Of a stretch of DNA of 55,962 nucleotides, positions 1 to 10,547 are shown piece after piece. The notes beneath the pieces are model-generated. The model did no database searches, was not told the origin of the DNA, and saw only the letters and a program-made list of their open reading frames with translations. Both the position numbers and the translations under genes were made by a program. Source of the stretch: Chrysochromulina tobinii (taxonomy: Eukaryota). Numbering within the stretch: position 1 is the first letter of the stretch; every line of letters starts with the position of its first letter. The stretch is taken from the NCBI GenBank assembly GCA_001275005.1, contig JWZX01002833.1:1-55962 (forward strand), given 5' to 3'.

Positions 1-3000
1 AGGCCGACCTCTACCAGATCAAGTACATGGGCAAGGAGTCGGTGGAGATCAACCTCGCCGCCAACATTTTTGTCGAGGCGCACAAGCACGTGCAGACGTA
101 CGTCTCGAGGGCAGAGGACGCTGGGTCGGACAGGCGATATGCGATGAATTTTGCACATTACGTTCACAACCACTGCTCGGTGGAGCTCGCCGCCACCCAA
201 GCAGCGTCCATGATCATCGACCAGCCCTCAAGCCGGCATTCGCACAACATGGTCTTCCACTACCCGTGGGATCACGTCGCCGAAGCACGGCGCGCCCATG
301 ACGGCGGCATGCGCACTGATGGCGACGGTCTCGTTGCCGATGCGACAGGTGCGGCCAGTGGCAAGAGCGACGGCGGCGACGACAACGAGGGCGTGCGCGG
401 CGACGACGAGATGCACTGTGACGTTGGCGCGCGGTACGACGCCGACGACGAAGAGATGCACTGTGATGAGGGCGCGCGTGGTGCTCATCACGTCGACGTA
501 CACGGCGACGTACAGGCCGAAGGAGGCAGTGATGACGAGATGCACGTTGGCCTTCAACCGGGCCACCCTCTGTATGAATCGCACGTGCTCACGAAGAAGG
601 CCAAGTTGGGAATCCCTGCACATTGTGGTGTACCAACGCCTGAGATGGGCGCGGGGGTCTCGGCGCGTGAACGGCACGAGTTTGCCAGCTACCACCTGTC
701 CAATTTTGTGCCGTGGGCGCACGATGATCCCATCGACGTCGACGCACAGGCCGAAGGAGGCAGTGATGACGAGATGCACGTTGAAGAGCACGGCGCCATT
801 GTGGGGGGTGGGCGACCGGCCATCGATGGCGGTTGCGATGAAGAGTATCTGTCCGAGGGCGACTCACTTGATGAGATGGGCATGGGACGCAAGGCGCCGG
901 CGGGCTTGGCAGAGGACAGCGACTTTGATCTGGAGAATGACAGGCTTGAAAGCTTGGCTGGCGCGGACGGTGACGGCGGCGGCTTGGTCATGGGCAACAG
1001 CGCATCGGCCGCAGCAGCGGCGGTGGCCCTAAAGGGCCAGACTGTTGACCTTGACCCACAGAGCGTGTGCGCTGGACGAAAGTTTGGCACCGCGGGCATC
1101 TACAAGGACGTCAACGGCGTGCCCACCCCAGTCGCCGATTCTGTGACGTACGCGTACCGTGATCGGCGCCTCTACAAGTTCAACGCGGTTGAGTTCCACC
1201 AGCTGTTCGTCCTTGAGCGCGTCAACCAAAAGGAGCTGAAAGAGTTTCACGTCGAGTGCGAGAGGCTCGATTCCGACGGTGAGGCACGGCCTCGTGGCCG
1301 TGGGCGCCCAAAGCACTGGTATCGCCTTCAACCCGGCCACCCTCTGTATGAATCGCACGTGCTCACGAAGAAGGCCAAGTGGGGAATCCCTGCGCATTGC
1401 GGTGCAGCACCGCCTGAGATGGGCGCGCGAGCTTCGGCGCGTGAACGGCACGAGTTTGCCAGCTACTACCTGTCCAATTTTGTCCCGTGGGCGCACGATG
1501 AGCCCATCGACGAATTCAGTGTCGAGCGGTGGGACGCGTTCCTAGCCACGCTGCGTCAGACGGCGCTGGGCCCAACCGACATGCCCTTGAGGCGGCGGGC
1601 GGCGAGCTGGTCCGAGGCGGAGCGCGTCGCGGCTCGCATCGCCCATCACCGCCTCTTTGTCATCCAGAATACGATGCGAGGGTTCCGCGTCCATCGGCCA
1701 TCGGCCCGAATGTCGACGAAGAATCGCGCGCGTGCCAGCACGTACTGGGCTTCAACGGGGCCGGATGCCATGCCAACGGGCGGCCCAGGAGCCGCCGACG
1801 ACGCCGAGCGTCGGGCCGCAAGGGCACTCGAACGCGTGCGCGAGAGGGCGGAGCTGTTGCGAGGCAGTAACATGCATACGCGCATCGCCGCTGCCACGAA
1901 GCTGAGCAAGTGGGCTGAGCGACTCGCGTCCTGTGCGCCATCGGCGCGCATCAGTTCAAGCGCATTGGCAAACGCTGGCCTGCGAACGCTCTGGCCCACG
2001 GCCGCGCAGCCCACGCATCGCACGCTCACTGGCGTCGAGGGTGGCTGCACGCGCGTCGACGACGTGTGCGTGGCTAACGCCGCGCCCATGCCGATGCGGG
2101 CACCGCTCGAGGCGATGGGCGAGGGCAACATGGCCGATGGTGGCAACGGAGCCGACGGCGGTGGCGGCATGGATGGCGACGTCTGCTTTGCCGAAATTGA
2201 GGGTGGGCAAGCGGGCTACGTTCAGCTCTACGACCAATGGGTCATCCTCTCCGCGGCGGCTAAGCAGGCCAGAGCCGTACCGCCGCCTGCGCCGTTCAAC
2301 GTCGAGCAGCGCGAGTTTGGTCGTAAAGTCATGGCTGCCGTACACGCACGCCATGTTGGGCGGCTCAACGATCGGGCGGGCGTCGAAGAGGCGCGAGCCT
2401 CAGGCATCAGGCCCGTGCAGCTCCTCTACGGGCCGGGCGGCGTGGGCAAGTCAGCTGTGATCACCAAAGTGGTCGAGCTCGTGCTTAAGCGGCAGGGCTG
2501 GGGGCGCGCGCTGGTGACTGCATTCACGGGCGTGGCCGCGGCGCCTTTTGCGGGCCCCATGCTCCTCTCGCTCTTCAACCTCAATATGACCACAAAATCC
2601 GCAAAGACCTGCCAACCGGTGCAGCCGCCACAGTTGCTGCTGATGCGCGAAAAGTTTGCGTTGGAGGCGGGCTTTCCGGTGGACGAGCTCTCCCTGCTCA
2701 TCATTGACGAGTGCTCGTTCAATGAGGCCTCGCTCTATGGCATCATCGACCACCGCCTCAGGCTGCTCACAGGACGGCCAGACGTGATGTTTGGGGGCAT
2801 CATCGTCGTTCTTGCGGGTGACAACATGCAGAAGGCTCCTCCAGGTGGTACTGAGTGGTTCCTTTCGCTCATTGAGCACGCCGCAGGCGCGCCCGACATT
2901 GTTGACGCCGCGGCCAAGGAGCAGTCGACGCTGGGCAAGGGGTTGTTGGCTCTGGGAGCGGCAAACAGGACGGTCCTATGGCGCATCATGCGCGCCAAGG

Positions 3001-5945
3001 ACGATGCACAATTTGCCGAGGCGCAGCGCGCCATGCGGCGGCTCGACGGCGCCGCTCCCATCACAAAGGAGCTACTCGCGCCAATCAAGAAGCTCTCCAA
3101 AGATGATGGTGAGGAGTGGCGCTTTGCGCCCATCGCCTGCCTCTCGCATTGTGAGCGAGATAACTTCAACTATTTGCAGATTGTCGCCTTCGCCAAGGCC
3201 TTCAACCTCCCGCTCATCAGATGGCGACTGCAACTCGCGCCGTCGTGTGCGCATCTCCTCTCTGAGGACGAGATGGGTAGCGCATTGGAGGAGGAGCCGG
3301 CGGCCTACGGCTACTTTTGCGAGGGCGTGCCGATCCTCTTTGCGCACTCCATTCGCTCGACGCGGAAGCTTGTCAACGGCACGCCCGGGCTCCTGGACTC
3401 GCTCGTGTACAAGAATGGGATGCCCGACGGGGTGAGGCAAGCCTTTGCGCGCGGAGGCTTTTCGGTGACTGACTCGGAGGCGCCGTATGCGGTCAATGCA
3501 CGCGTGAGCGGCGGCCTGTGGCACGGCGTCGAGCTCGACGACCTCTCCTCCCTCGTCGAGTCGGTCGCAAGCGATGCAACCGTCGTTTCGCTGCTCCTCC
3601 ACTCAAAGGAGACCTTGGAAATCACGCTGTACTCGATCAAGTCGGCGCAGTTTGGTCTGCCAGCCAAGCTCGACGTGCACGATCACGGGTTCATCCTTGC
3701 TTTTGCGCTCACGGACTTCAAGCTGCAGGGGCGCACGCTTCCGCGCCTCCTCATCAGCCTCGGCCCACGGCCTTCGCCTCCGTATGTGGACATCAACTCC
3801 TTTTACGTCATCGTGTCGCGGGTGTGCGGCTACGACGGCCTGCGCTGGCTTGACTGCGACCCACACGAGATGGAGAAGCTCTTTTCTCTCCGATGGAAGG
3901 TGCAGCTTGCGGCGTGGGAGCAAGGCTTTGACGAGCATGGCGCGTGGTGCCCGACAAGAGCGTGCTCGTGGCTCGAGACGCAAAAGGAGGTGATCGCCGC
4001 GGCCAGGGAGGAGGCTGCAAAGGCGAAGGAGGCGGCGCGGCCGCTCGATCAGCTGCGGCACCCGAAGCTCAAGGAGCGCTGCGTCGCTTTGGGCCTCGAT
4101 GCTGCTGGAACGAGGGCGATGCTCATCGAGCGGCTAAAACGCGCCCAGTCAGTGGATTCCATTCCGGCGGCGCAGAAGGCGCAGATGAGGCCGCCCGCGC
4201 CCAAGGCGGCAACGCCGGCACCTCCAAAACCAGCGCCATCCCGGCCCCAGGCGGCAGCGCTCAGGACAGCGCCTGCAAGGCCAGCGCCTCCAGGGCCGTC
4301 GACGGCCCAGACGGCCCAGCAGCTTGCCGAGCCGTTCATCGCCCATGCTCTTGCGCGTTTCGCCGTGCTCCGCGAATCGCTCACAACGAACTCAAGCGCT
4401 CTGGTGGAGGTAGCTGGTGATCCAGCCAAGCGGCAGCACTTTCTGGGCGTTGGCCTCGCGCGTGCCCAGTGGACGGACAGGTGGCCCGCCAATGGCAACG
4501 CTGCTCGCGAGCATTTTGTCGCAGCAGTGCAGCGTGAGCTGGACTCCTTGGAGGTGCGCTTCCCAGGGCGAGTCTTCTACTCGGCAAAGCTCTGTCGGGA
4601 AGATGCGTCTCCCACGCATTTTCTCATCTGGGCGGCCAATCACGGTAACTGGCATGGCCAAGCCGGCGTCGCCATCCACGGTGGTGGCATGGCAAATGAC
4701 ATGAAGTCTCACTGGCCAGGCGTGCTCTTTGGCATCATTACAACCCCTGTGGCGGGCATCCCTGCACTGGTTAGGGCCCCTGCTCAAATGCTTCCCGGGA
4801 ATGAGCTGCCGGCGCCTCACGCGCACTCTTCACAGTGCATCTCGTTGTTGTCATCGCCGCTGCCCTCGCCCCAGCTCTCCAAATCACCCGGGCGCTCGCC
4901 GCGCTTGCCGGTGGCATCGCCGATAGTGCGGGAGGCTGCTCCCCTTCGCCGCGCGGCGCTGCAGGCATCATTTGAGTCTGAGTCCGAATCGCTTGAGGCC
5001 GTAGGCGTTCTCGATCGACGGTTCTTCCCGGAGCGCGCCCGGCAGCACCTGTCGGACCGTGCGTACGCCGAGTGTCCGCAGCTCCAGGCCATGGCGGTCC
5101 ATTTTGGCGTGGACATCGTTGCCCTCGAAGGCCGCCGCTTCTACGACGGCTGCAACGTCTACGCCGCCGACGCGGCGCGGATGACTGAGCGATCAGTGTC
5201 GTGGCGGGAAACGCTGGTCCCGCGCCTCCAGCGCCAGCAAGCAGGTCAGCGCTTGCCGACCGAGCGCCCGTTGATCGTCATCGTCTGGAATGGTGTGAAC
5301 CACTTTGATGCGGCCGTGCCTGCAATCGGACGGCACGGGCGTGGCGCCCGCAAGCGTGTTCGAGATGCGGCCGAAGAGGCCGACCTGCCAGCGCATCATC
5401 GCGCGAGGCGAGGTGCAGCAGACGTGGAGTCTGAGCAGCCGTCGAGCAGCCCTGGGTTTGAGTTAGTCGGGGCGAATGACAACGACCCTGCATGGCGGCC
5501 AAATCTGTGGCCCTCTGTCACGGCGATGCTCGACGCTGCCGGCCTGGAGTTGCTCAAGGTGCCGGGTGATGGTGCGTGCGCCTACTGGTCTGTGCTCTCG
5601 TCAATCGACGACGGTCTTCCGCGGGCCTTTTTTGCTGACGGACGCCAGCCGCTCTTGGAGCGACAGCAGGCAGATCGCGACGCGTGCACTTGGATGCGTA
5701 GTCTGCGCGCGGCTGTCGTTGCCTGGCTCGTGGCACCCGAGCAGCGCCGTATGCTCTGCTCGGAGCCCAAACTGACGCTCACGTTTGAGGAGTATGCAGC
5801 TGAGCGCTTCACGCTCTGCAGAAAATGCGTGCGCAATGTCCTGCGGGCCCAGGCGGGGATCCCGATTCCACTCCCTAAAACGCGCGACGTCGTTCAGCCA
5901 TTTGAGGCTCGAAAGATGCTGGACGTGTGCGGCCTGCTTCGCTGA
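1..5945 (+). mobile_element. Helitron/Helentron-like rolling-circle transposon (5' part outside window; 3' terminus not identified)
   Basis: The reading frame is open from base 3 (ADLYQIKYMGKE, matching HUH Rep motif 3 YxxKYxxK). It continues into a PIF1-family helicase, SAP and OTU modules, the architecture of Helitron-superfamily RepHel proteins. Confidence 0.8.
3..5945 (+). CDS. RepHel protein, 5'-partial: Rep C-terminal part + PIF1 helicase + SAP + permuted OTU
   Basis: YQIKYMGK; ELAATQAASMII; Walker A YGPGGVGKS; Walker B LLIIDECSF; FGGIIVVLAGDNMQKAP; TDFKLQGRTL; YVIVSRV; SAP LRHPKLKERCVALGLDAAGTRAMLIERL; OTU boxes WNGVNHFDA and VPGDGACAYWS. Confidence 0.85.
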   Translation, partial: ADLYQIKYMGKESVEINLAANIFVEAHKHVQTYVSRAEDAGSDRRYAMNFAHYVHNHCSVELAATQAASMIIDQPSSRHSHNMVFHYPWDHVAEARRAHDGGMRTDGDGLVADATGAASGKSDGGDDNEGVRGDDEMHCDVGARYDADDEEMHCDEGARGAHHVDVHGDVQAEGGSDDEMHVGLQPGHPLYESHVLTKKAKLGIPAHCGVPTPEMGAGVSARERHEFASYHLSNFVPWAHDDPIDVDAQAEGGSDDEMHVEEHGAIVGGGRPAIDGGCDEEYLSEGDSLDEMGMGRKAPAGLAEDSDFDLENDRLESLAGADGDGGGLVMGNSASAAAAAVALKGQTVDLDPQSVCAGRKFGTAGIYKDVNGVPTPVADSVTYAYRDRRLYKFNAVEFHQLFVLERVNQKELKEFHVECERLDSDGEARPRGRGRPKHWYRLQPGHPLYESHVLTKKAKWGIPAHCGAAPPEMGARASARERHEFASYYLSNFVPWAHDEPIDEFSVERWDAFLATLRQTALGPTDMPLRRRAASWSEAERVAARIAHHRLFVIQNTMRGFRVHRPSARMSTKNRARASTYWASTGPDAMPTGGPGAADDAERRAARALERVRERAELLRGSNMHTRIAAATKLSKWAERLASCAPSARISSSALANAGLRTLWPTAAQPTHRTLTGVEGGCTRVDDVCVANAAPMPMRAPLEAMGEGNMADGGNGADGGGGMDGDVCFAEIEGGQAGYVQLYDQWVILSAAAKQARAVPPPAPFNVEQREFGRKVMAAVHARHVGRLNDRAGVEEARASGIRPVQLLYGPGGVGKSAVITKVVELVLKRQGWGRALVTAFTGVAAAPFAGPMLLSLFNLNMTTKSAKTCQPVQPPQLLLMREKFALEAGFPVDELSLLIIDECSFNEASLYGIIDHRLRLLTGRPDVMFGGIIVVLAGDNMQKAPPGGTEWFLSLIEHAAGAPDIVDAAAKEQSTLGKGLLALGAANRTVLWRIMRAKDDAQFAEAQRAMRRLDGAAPITKELLAPIKKLSKDDGEEWRFAPIACLSHCERDNFNYLQIVAFAKAFNLPLIRWRLQLAPSCAHLLSEDEMGSALEEEPAAYGYFCEGVPILFAHSIRSTRKLVNGTPGLLDSLVYKNGMPDGVRQAFARGGFSVTDSEAPYAVNARVSGGLWHGVELDDLSSLVESVASDATVVSLLLHSKETLEITLYSIKSAQFGLPAKLDVHDHGFILAFALTDFKLQGRTLPRLLISLGPRPSPPYVDINSFYVIVSRVCGYDGLRWLDCDPHEMEKLFSLRWKVQLAAWEQGFDEHGAWCPTRACSWLETQKEVIAAAREEAAKAKEAARPLDQLRHPKLKERCVALGLDAAGTRAMLIERLKRAQSVDSIPAAQKAQMRPPAPKAATPAPPKPAPSRPQAAALRTAPARPAPPGPSTAQTAQQLAEPFIAHALARFAVLRESLTTNSSALVEVAGDPAKRQHFLGVGLARAQWTDRWPANGNAAREHFVAAVQRELDSLEVRFPGRVFYSAKLCREDASPTHFLIWAANHGNWHGQAGVAIHGGGMANDMKSHWPGVLFGIITTPVAGIPALVRAPAQMLPGNELPAPHAHSSQCISLLSSPLPSPQLSKSPGRSPRLPVASPIVREAAPLRRAALQASFESESESLEAVGVLDRRFFPERARQHLSDRAYAECPQLQAMAVHFGVDIVALEGRRFYDGCNVYAADAARMTERSVSWRETLVPRLQRQQAGQRLPTERPLIVIVWNGVNHFDAAVPAIGRHGRGARKRVRDAAEEADLPAHHRARRGAADVESEQPSSSPGFELVGANDNDPAWRPNLWPSVTAMLDAAGLELLKVPGDGACAYWSVLSSIDDGLPRAFFADGRQPLLERQQADRDACTWMRSLRAAVVAWLVAPEQRRMLCSEPKLTLTFEEYAAERFTLCRKCVRNVLRAQAGIPIPLPKTRDVVQPFEARKMLDVCGLLR

Positions 5946-6169
5946 GTGACATGGTCACATGGAGTGACATTGGGATGTCCGTCTGTACGTCAGAAACGTG
6001 TACAGTAGAACAGTACCATATACAACACGTTGTGCTTTAACCCTTCACAGCTCCTTTGGGCCCATAAATGTTACCCACATGAAGACGGAACACCAGCCCT
6101 TGGCCTTGGCCCCCTAATACAAGTAAATTCGCCACTATAATAGTGCGGGCCGTTTTCCGTTTGCGCCGT

Positions 6170-6217
6170 CCGGCGCGTGCTCACTCCGGCGCGTGCTCAC
6201 TCCGGCGCGTGCTCACT
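6170..6217. repeat. 16-bp tandem repeat (ccggcgcgtgctcact) x3
   Basis: Directly visible. Confidence 0.9.
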
Positions 6218-6368
6218 CTCGCCCGGCGCCCCACGCCACTCTGAAGGCGCGCGGTCGATCACATACGACTGGAGCAACGTGGTCATCGACTTCTTGCACA
6301 GCTCCATCCCCTCCTCCGAGACAGAGATGATCGTCTGTACCCCGTTGCAGAGCGTCAGGCGCATTCCG

Positions 6369-9300
6369 TCATACGAAGACAATCTGTGGCGCGGGCCGGC
6401 GCGGTTGCTTGCGGTACGCGCCAGGCTTCGCGCCAGGCTTGATGAGCCTGACACCCACGAGTTGCGGATCGAGCTGGTCGGCGGATCGATGAGATCTGAT
6501 TGGCGGCGCGCGCTGTGGGCTTTTGGCCGGACGCGCCACCCGTCGCGGCGGCGCCATCCAAAGCTGCAGGTATTCCGGAGGCTGTTGGTGGGCGCCGAAG
6601 ACCACAGCGGGCCCCATGGGGGCGGCTCGGTACTGAACGCCCCCTGCGTGCATCATCCCCGCGCCGATCTCGTACGGCGCGGGTACCGTGAGAGACAGAT
6701 GGCTGCAGCTCGCGCTCGAGCCCCCGGTGGGATAACTCATCGAGTCGGCGGCTAGCCTGTACGAGCCGGTACAGCGCGTCGGGGTCTTGGTGCGCTTCGA
6801 GCTCGAGCTTGCGGCAGACGAGGGGCGACTGCGCCGCGCGGGCCGCACGATCATCATCGGTGGTGCCGCGTAGGCGCCCGGGGCGGCGCCCGACGAGGCT
6901 CCCACAGCCTCGGCGCCGAGGGCGCTCAGCGCGTAATTGTACGCAGCCGCCTGCGGAGGCGGCGCGGGCGGCTGCCGGTGCCCGAGCATGCCCAGGGAGC
7001 CCGAGGCTGTGGGGACCGAGGCATACACGGAGGACGCGACGCCCGAGCTTTGGCCGAGCGAGGCGCACGAGTTGGTCGGCACAGTGGGCGCAGCGAGCTC
7101 AACGGCGTGCCCCAGTGGCAGCGAGGCCAACCGCTCCTGCTGAAGCCGCAGCTCGAGCTCGAGCTCGCGCCGGCGCAACGCTTCCTGCCGCTCGAACTCG
7201 CGCCTTGTGGATTCGAATTGCTCAGCAAAGGCGCGCCGCTCTGCTTCGCGCCGCTCGCGCTCCATCTCGTCCCACTGCTTGCGCTCCGCCTCGCGCCGAG
7301 TCGCCTCGCGCTGTTCATAGGAGAGCCGCTCTGCCTCGCGCCGCTCCTTCTCGTCGAGTGGCTCGCCCTCTGCGGCGGGGGCCGGCGCGTGCGGTGTCGG
7401 CGCGAGCGGCGTCGGCGCGTGCGGTGGTGGCGCTTGTATCAGGCTGCTAGTCGAGGCCGTCTGCAACTTCATCTGCTGCTGCGCCACGGCCTGCGCGATC
7501 GACTCGGCGTGGCGTCGCGCGGCCTCTTGCACCGATGCTGCTGCTACGGCGGCCTGCTGCTCGATCGCCCTCGATTGGAACTCTGTAGCCTGACGAAGCG
7601 CCGCCTGCTGCTCCGTAGCCTGCTGCGCCGCAATCCTTGCAGCGTTGGTCACCGTCGCCTCGGCAGCCTTCATCCGTTCGACAGCCGCCTCCTGCTGCAC
7701 CATCATCAGCTGCGCGGCCGCGATCATCTGCTCCTCAATCGCCTTCATACGCGCCGCGGCTGCCTCCTGCTGCGCCACCATGAGCTTCTCGATCTGGCTC
7801 TGCCGGCTCAGGTCGTCTTCACGCTTGGCCATGGCGCGCTCGCGCTCGCCTATCTCAACCGTCCCCTTAGCGGCCATGCTCGCGGCGATTGAGGCCATGG
7901 CTTCGGCTTGTTCCGCCGACTTCTCGGCCACGACTGCGACGAGCCCCCTACTCTCACGTGCCCATTGCTCCATATGCTCTGCCTTAGCCCTCTGCTCCGC
8001 TAAAAGCATCTCCTGCGCGCGCTCTGCCGCCTTGCGCTCTTCTTCCCTCGCGGCCTGCAGTTCCTTGAGCGTCTCGGCCAGCTTTGCCTCGGCCGCCTCG
8101 GCCGCCTCGCGCTTTGCCTCGGCCGCCTCGGCCTTGACCACCTCGAGCTCGCGCAGCGCCGCCTCCTTGGCGAGGGCCACCTCCGCTTCTCTCTCGAGCG
8201 CCGCCAAGTGCGCCTTTTGGGCGGCCTCCTTAACCGCCTCGGCCTTGGCCAACTCGAGCTCGCGCCGCGCCGCCTCCGCCGCGAGGGCCGCCTCCGCCTT
8301 GACTGCCTCCGCCTCCGCCTTGGCCTTGGTCACGGCAGCGGCCGCTTCTCTTTCGAGCGCCTCAATCTGTGCCTGTTGGGCGGCCTCCTTGGCCTTGATC
8401 AGCTCGAGCTCGGAGCTCATGAGGGCCTCCGATGGCGCCATCTCATGTGGAAGCATCAGCAACGCAGCGAGCCGCTCGGCAGCGAGCCGCTCGGCCTCGA
8501 GCCGCTGCCGCTCCTCCTCCGCCGCCTCCTGCTGCGCCTTAAGTAGCGTGAGCTCCGCTGCTTCCTTCGCCTTGGCCGCAGCCACCTGCGCGTGGTGGGC
8601 GAGATCCGACATCAGTGGTCATCAGTGGTCATCAGTGGCCATCAGTGGTCATCAGAGGCTCGAGCCACCTGAGCGTGATGCTCCATATCCAGTAGGGCGA
8701 GCTCGCGCTGCGTGCGCACGTCGCTCTTGCGCTTCGTCTCGAGCTCTGCCTCCGCGCTCGAGAGCAACCTGAGCTTCGTGCGCGCGATCAGCCCGCCCTC
8801 AAAGGCGCGCTCGTCCGCCTGCGTCGACGAGTCGCGATCAGGGACAGCCCACCATGCGTCCGGCGTCGACTGGGCCACTATGATAGTGACGACCTCATCA
8901 GAGCTCAGACGAAGCCCACTCTCGGCGTCGAAAGCGCGCGTCGTGGCCACCGCCATAAAGTTCTGCAGCTCCACATACGTCGCAGGCACCAGCCCGCGTC
9001 GCCCGCCGCTCTCGCCGATGAGCCAGCTGACTGGTGCGGGCGCCGTGTCGAACACGAGCAGCTCCTGCCCCTTGCGCAAGCCGAGGCCGAGATCCGAGCC
9101 GAGATCGCCGAGATCGCCGAGATCGCCGGGATCGTAGTTGTCGAGCGCGAGCGCGCGCATCGCCGGGTACTGGTGCGCCGCGCTCACCTGAGCTCGCGCA
9201 CTCTCGACCCACTCGGCATCCTCGTTGTCTTTCGCTGGCATGTCTTGCGCTGGTGCCGGTGCGAGCGCCGATGCGGGCGCCGCTGCGGGCGCCGTTGCGG

Positions 9301-10162
9301 GCGGGTCCGCGGCGGCCGGCGCCCACTCGCCCGCAACGGCGCCCGCGATGTGGCCAGGAGTTGTCGGACTCCAGCCAGGCTCGGCCACGGGCTTGGGCGG
9401 CTCAATCTCCCACAGGATGTACGTCTCGGGCGCCTGCCCGCGCACGCCGCTCCGCAGCACGACGTCCACCCATCCTTTAAAACTCCCGCCCTCGCGATCG
9501 ATCTTCCAGACCTCGTCACCCGCTTTGGCCGCGGGCAGCTCGCCGAGCGTCTCGCCGGTGAAGTCGGCCTGGAAGACGCCGTCGCGTGGCGGCTCCAGAA
9601 GATACGAGGCCGGCACGAACGCCGCCGCCGCCTCGAGCTCGAAGGCGCCGATCGGCGCCACCTTCGCCCATCCCCCTATAGCGGTTTCGTCTGGCTTCAT
9701 CAGGAGCACGTAGTCGCCCTGCTTGACCGTGAGCTCGCCCTCGTTCGTGCCGACAAAGTCGGCCAGCACCACGCGCGGCGGACGCTCGATGATCACCGGC
9801 GCCACGTACGTCTCGGGCAAGAAGCCGACGTCGTCGCCGCAGGCCACGAGCACCCATCCATTCGGTACCTCCTCATGGGCTGTGAGCAGCGTGACGACCG
9901 CGCCCTTCGCCGCGGAGAGCTCGCCCTTGTTCTCGCCCTCAAAACTCGCGAGCAGAGTCGACTGTGGACCCTCGACTGCGATCGGGGCCGACATGGGCAC
10001 GATGCCCTCCCGCCCGGTTGCCTCAATCTTGACGCTCATGAAGCCTTCGGGCAACGGTTTTGTGAGATCGATGATGAGCCGGTCGCCTCCCTTGAAGCTG
10101 ACCTGGCCCAAGCCGGGCACGGCCTGGAAGTCGGCCAACGCGCGAGCGTGCGCCTGCGCCAT
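6369..10162 (-). CDS. Multi-SH3-domain protein with long coiled coil and Pro-rich tail; predicted join 10162..8669, 8585..6369 (3' end uncertain)
   Basis: Repeated SH3 signatures (ALADF...GEL...GD...GW...G.VP..Y), about 5-6 copies. A GT-AG intron at 8668..8586 (83 nt) joins ORF 8642..10411 in frame to the EAK-rich ORF 6369..8612. Confidence 0.75.
8586..8668 (-). other. Predicted GT-AG intron with duplicated exon junction and internal 10-bp satellite (GATGACCACT)n
   Basis: CAG|GTGGCT occurs at both ends (HHAQVA is encoded twice). Removing it restores the frame. Confidence 0.8.
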
Positions 10163-10547
10163 GCCCTGGCTTCTTGGCCCCGACCGTCCACCTAGTAAGG
10201 AAGGGAGGGAGGCACCGTCGAACCGTATAAGAGTTCCGCAGGTCGCGATGTAATTGTGAATGCAATCAAGCCAGCCCACCGGTGTGAACATAAGCTCAAA
10301 TATGTGTTGCGCATCGCCCGCAAATAAGCAACGGCGGAAACCCTTCACTGCTCGCTCGAGGCAGGTGATCTGGCTCCTGGAGCTGGACGGAGCTGTTTCG
10401 ACGAGAAGCAAATTTTGCTAAATCCCGAGGTCGATAATAGAGTCACTCTTGATACATGTAGAGGTACGTCAAACACACTTGTTACCGAAGCTCGGGCGGG
10501 GGAAGAAATACATGTTTCGTGACGAATGTTGGACAAGTCAATTCAAG

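Noticed and set aside
6037..6060. piggyBac-like end TTAACCCTT
   Set aside because: No matching inverted terminus or transposase seen.
5946..6170. Helitron 3' hairpin/CTRR terminus
   Set aside because: Only 5-bp stems (gtgac/gtcac, cacta/tagtg) were found; the boundary cannot be assigned without other copies.
6197..6454. Additional exon of the SH3 gene
   Set aside because: Protein-like and preceded by a possible CAG acceptor, but no donor could be assigned with confidence.
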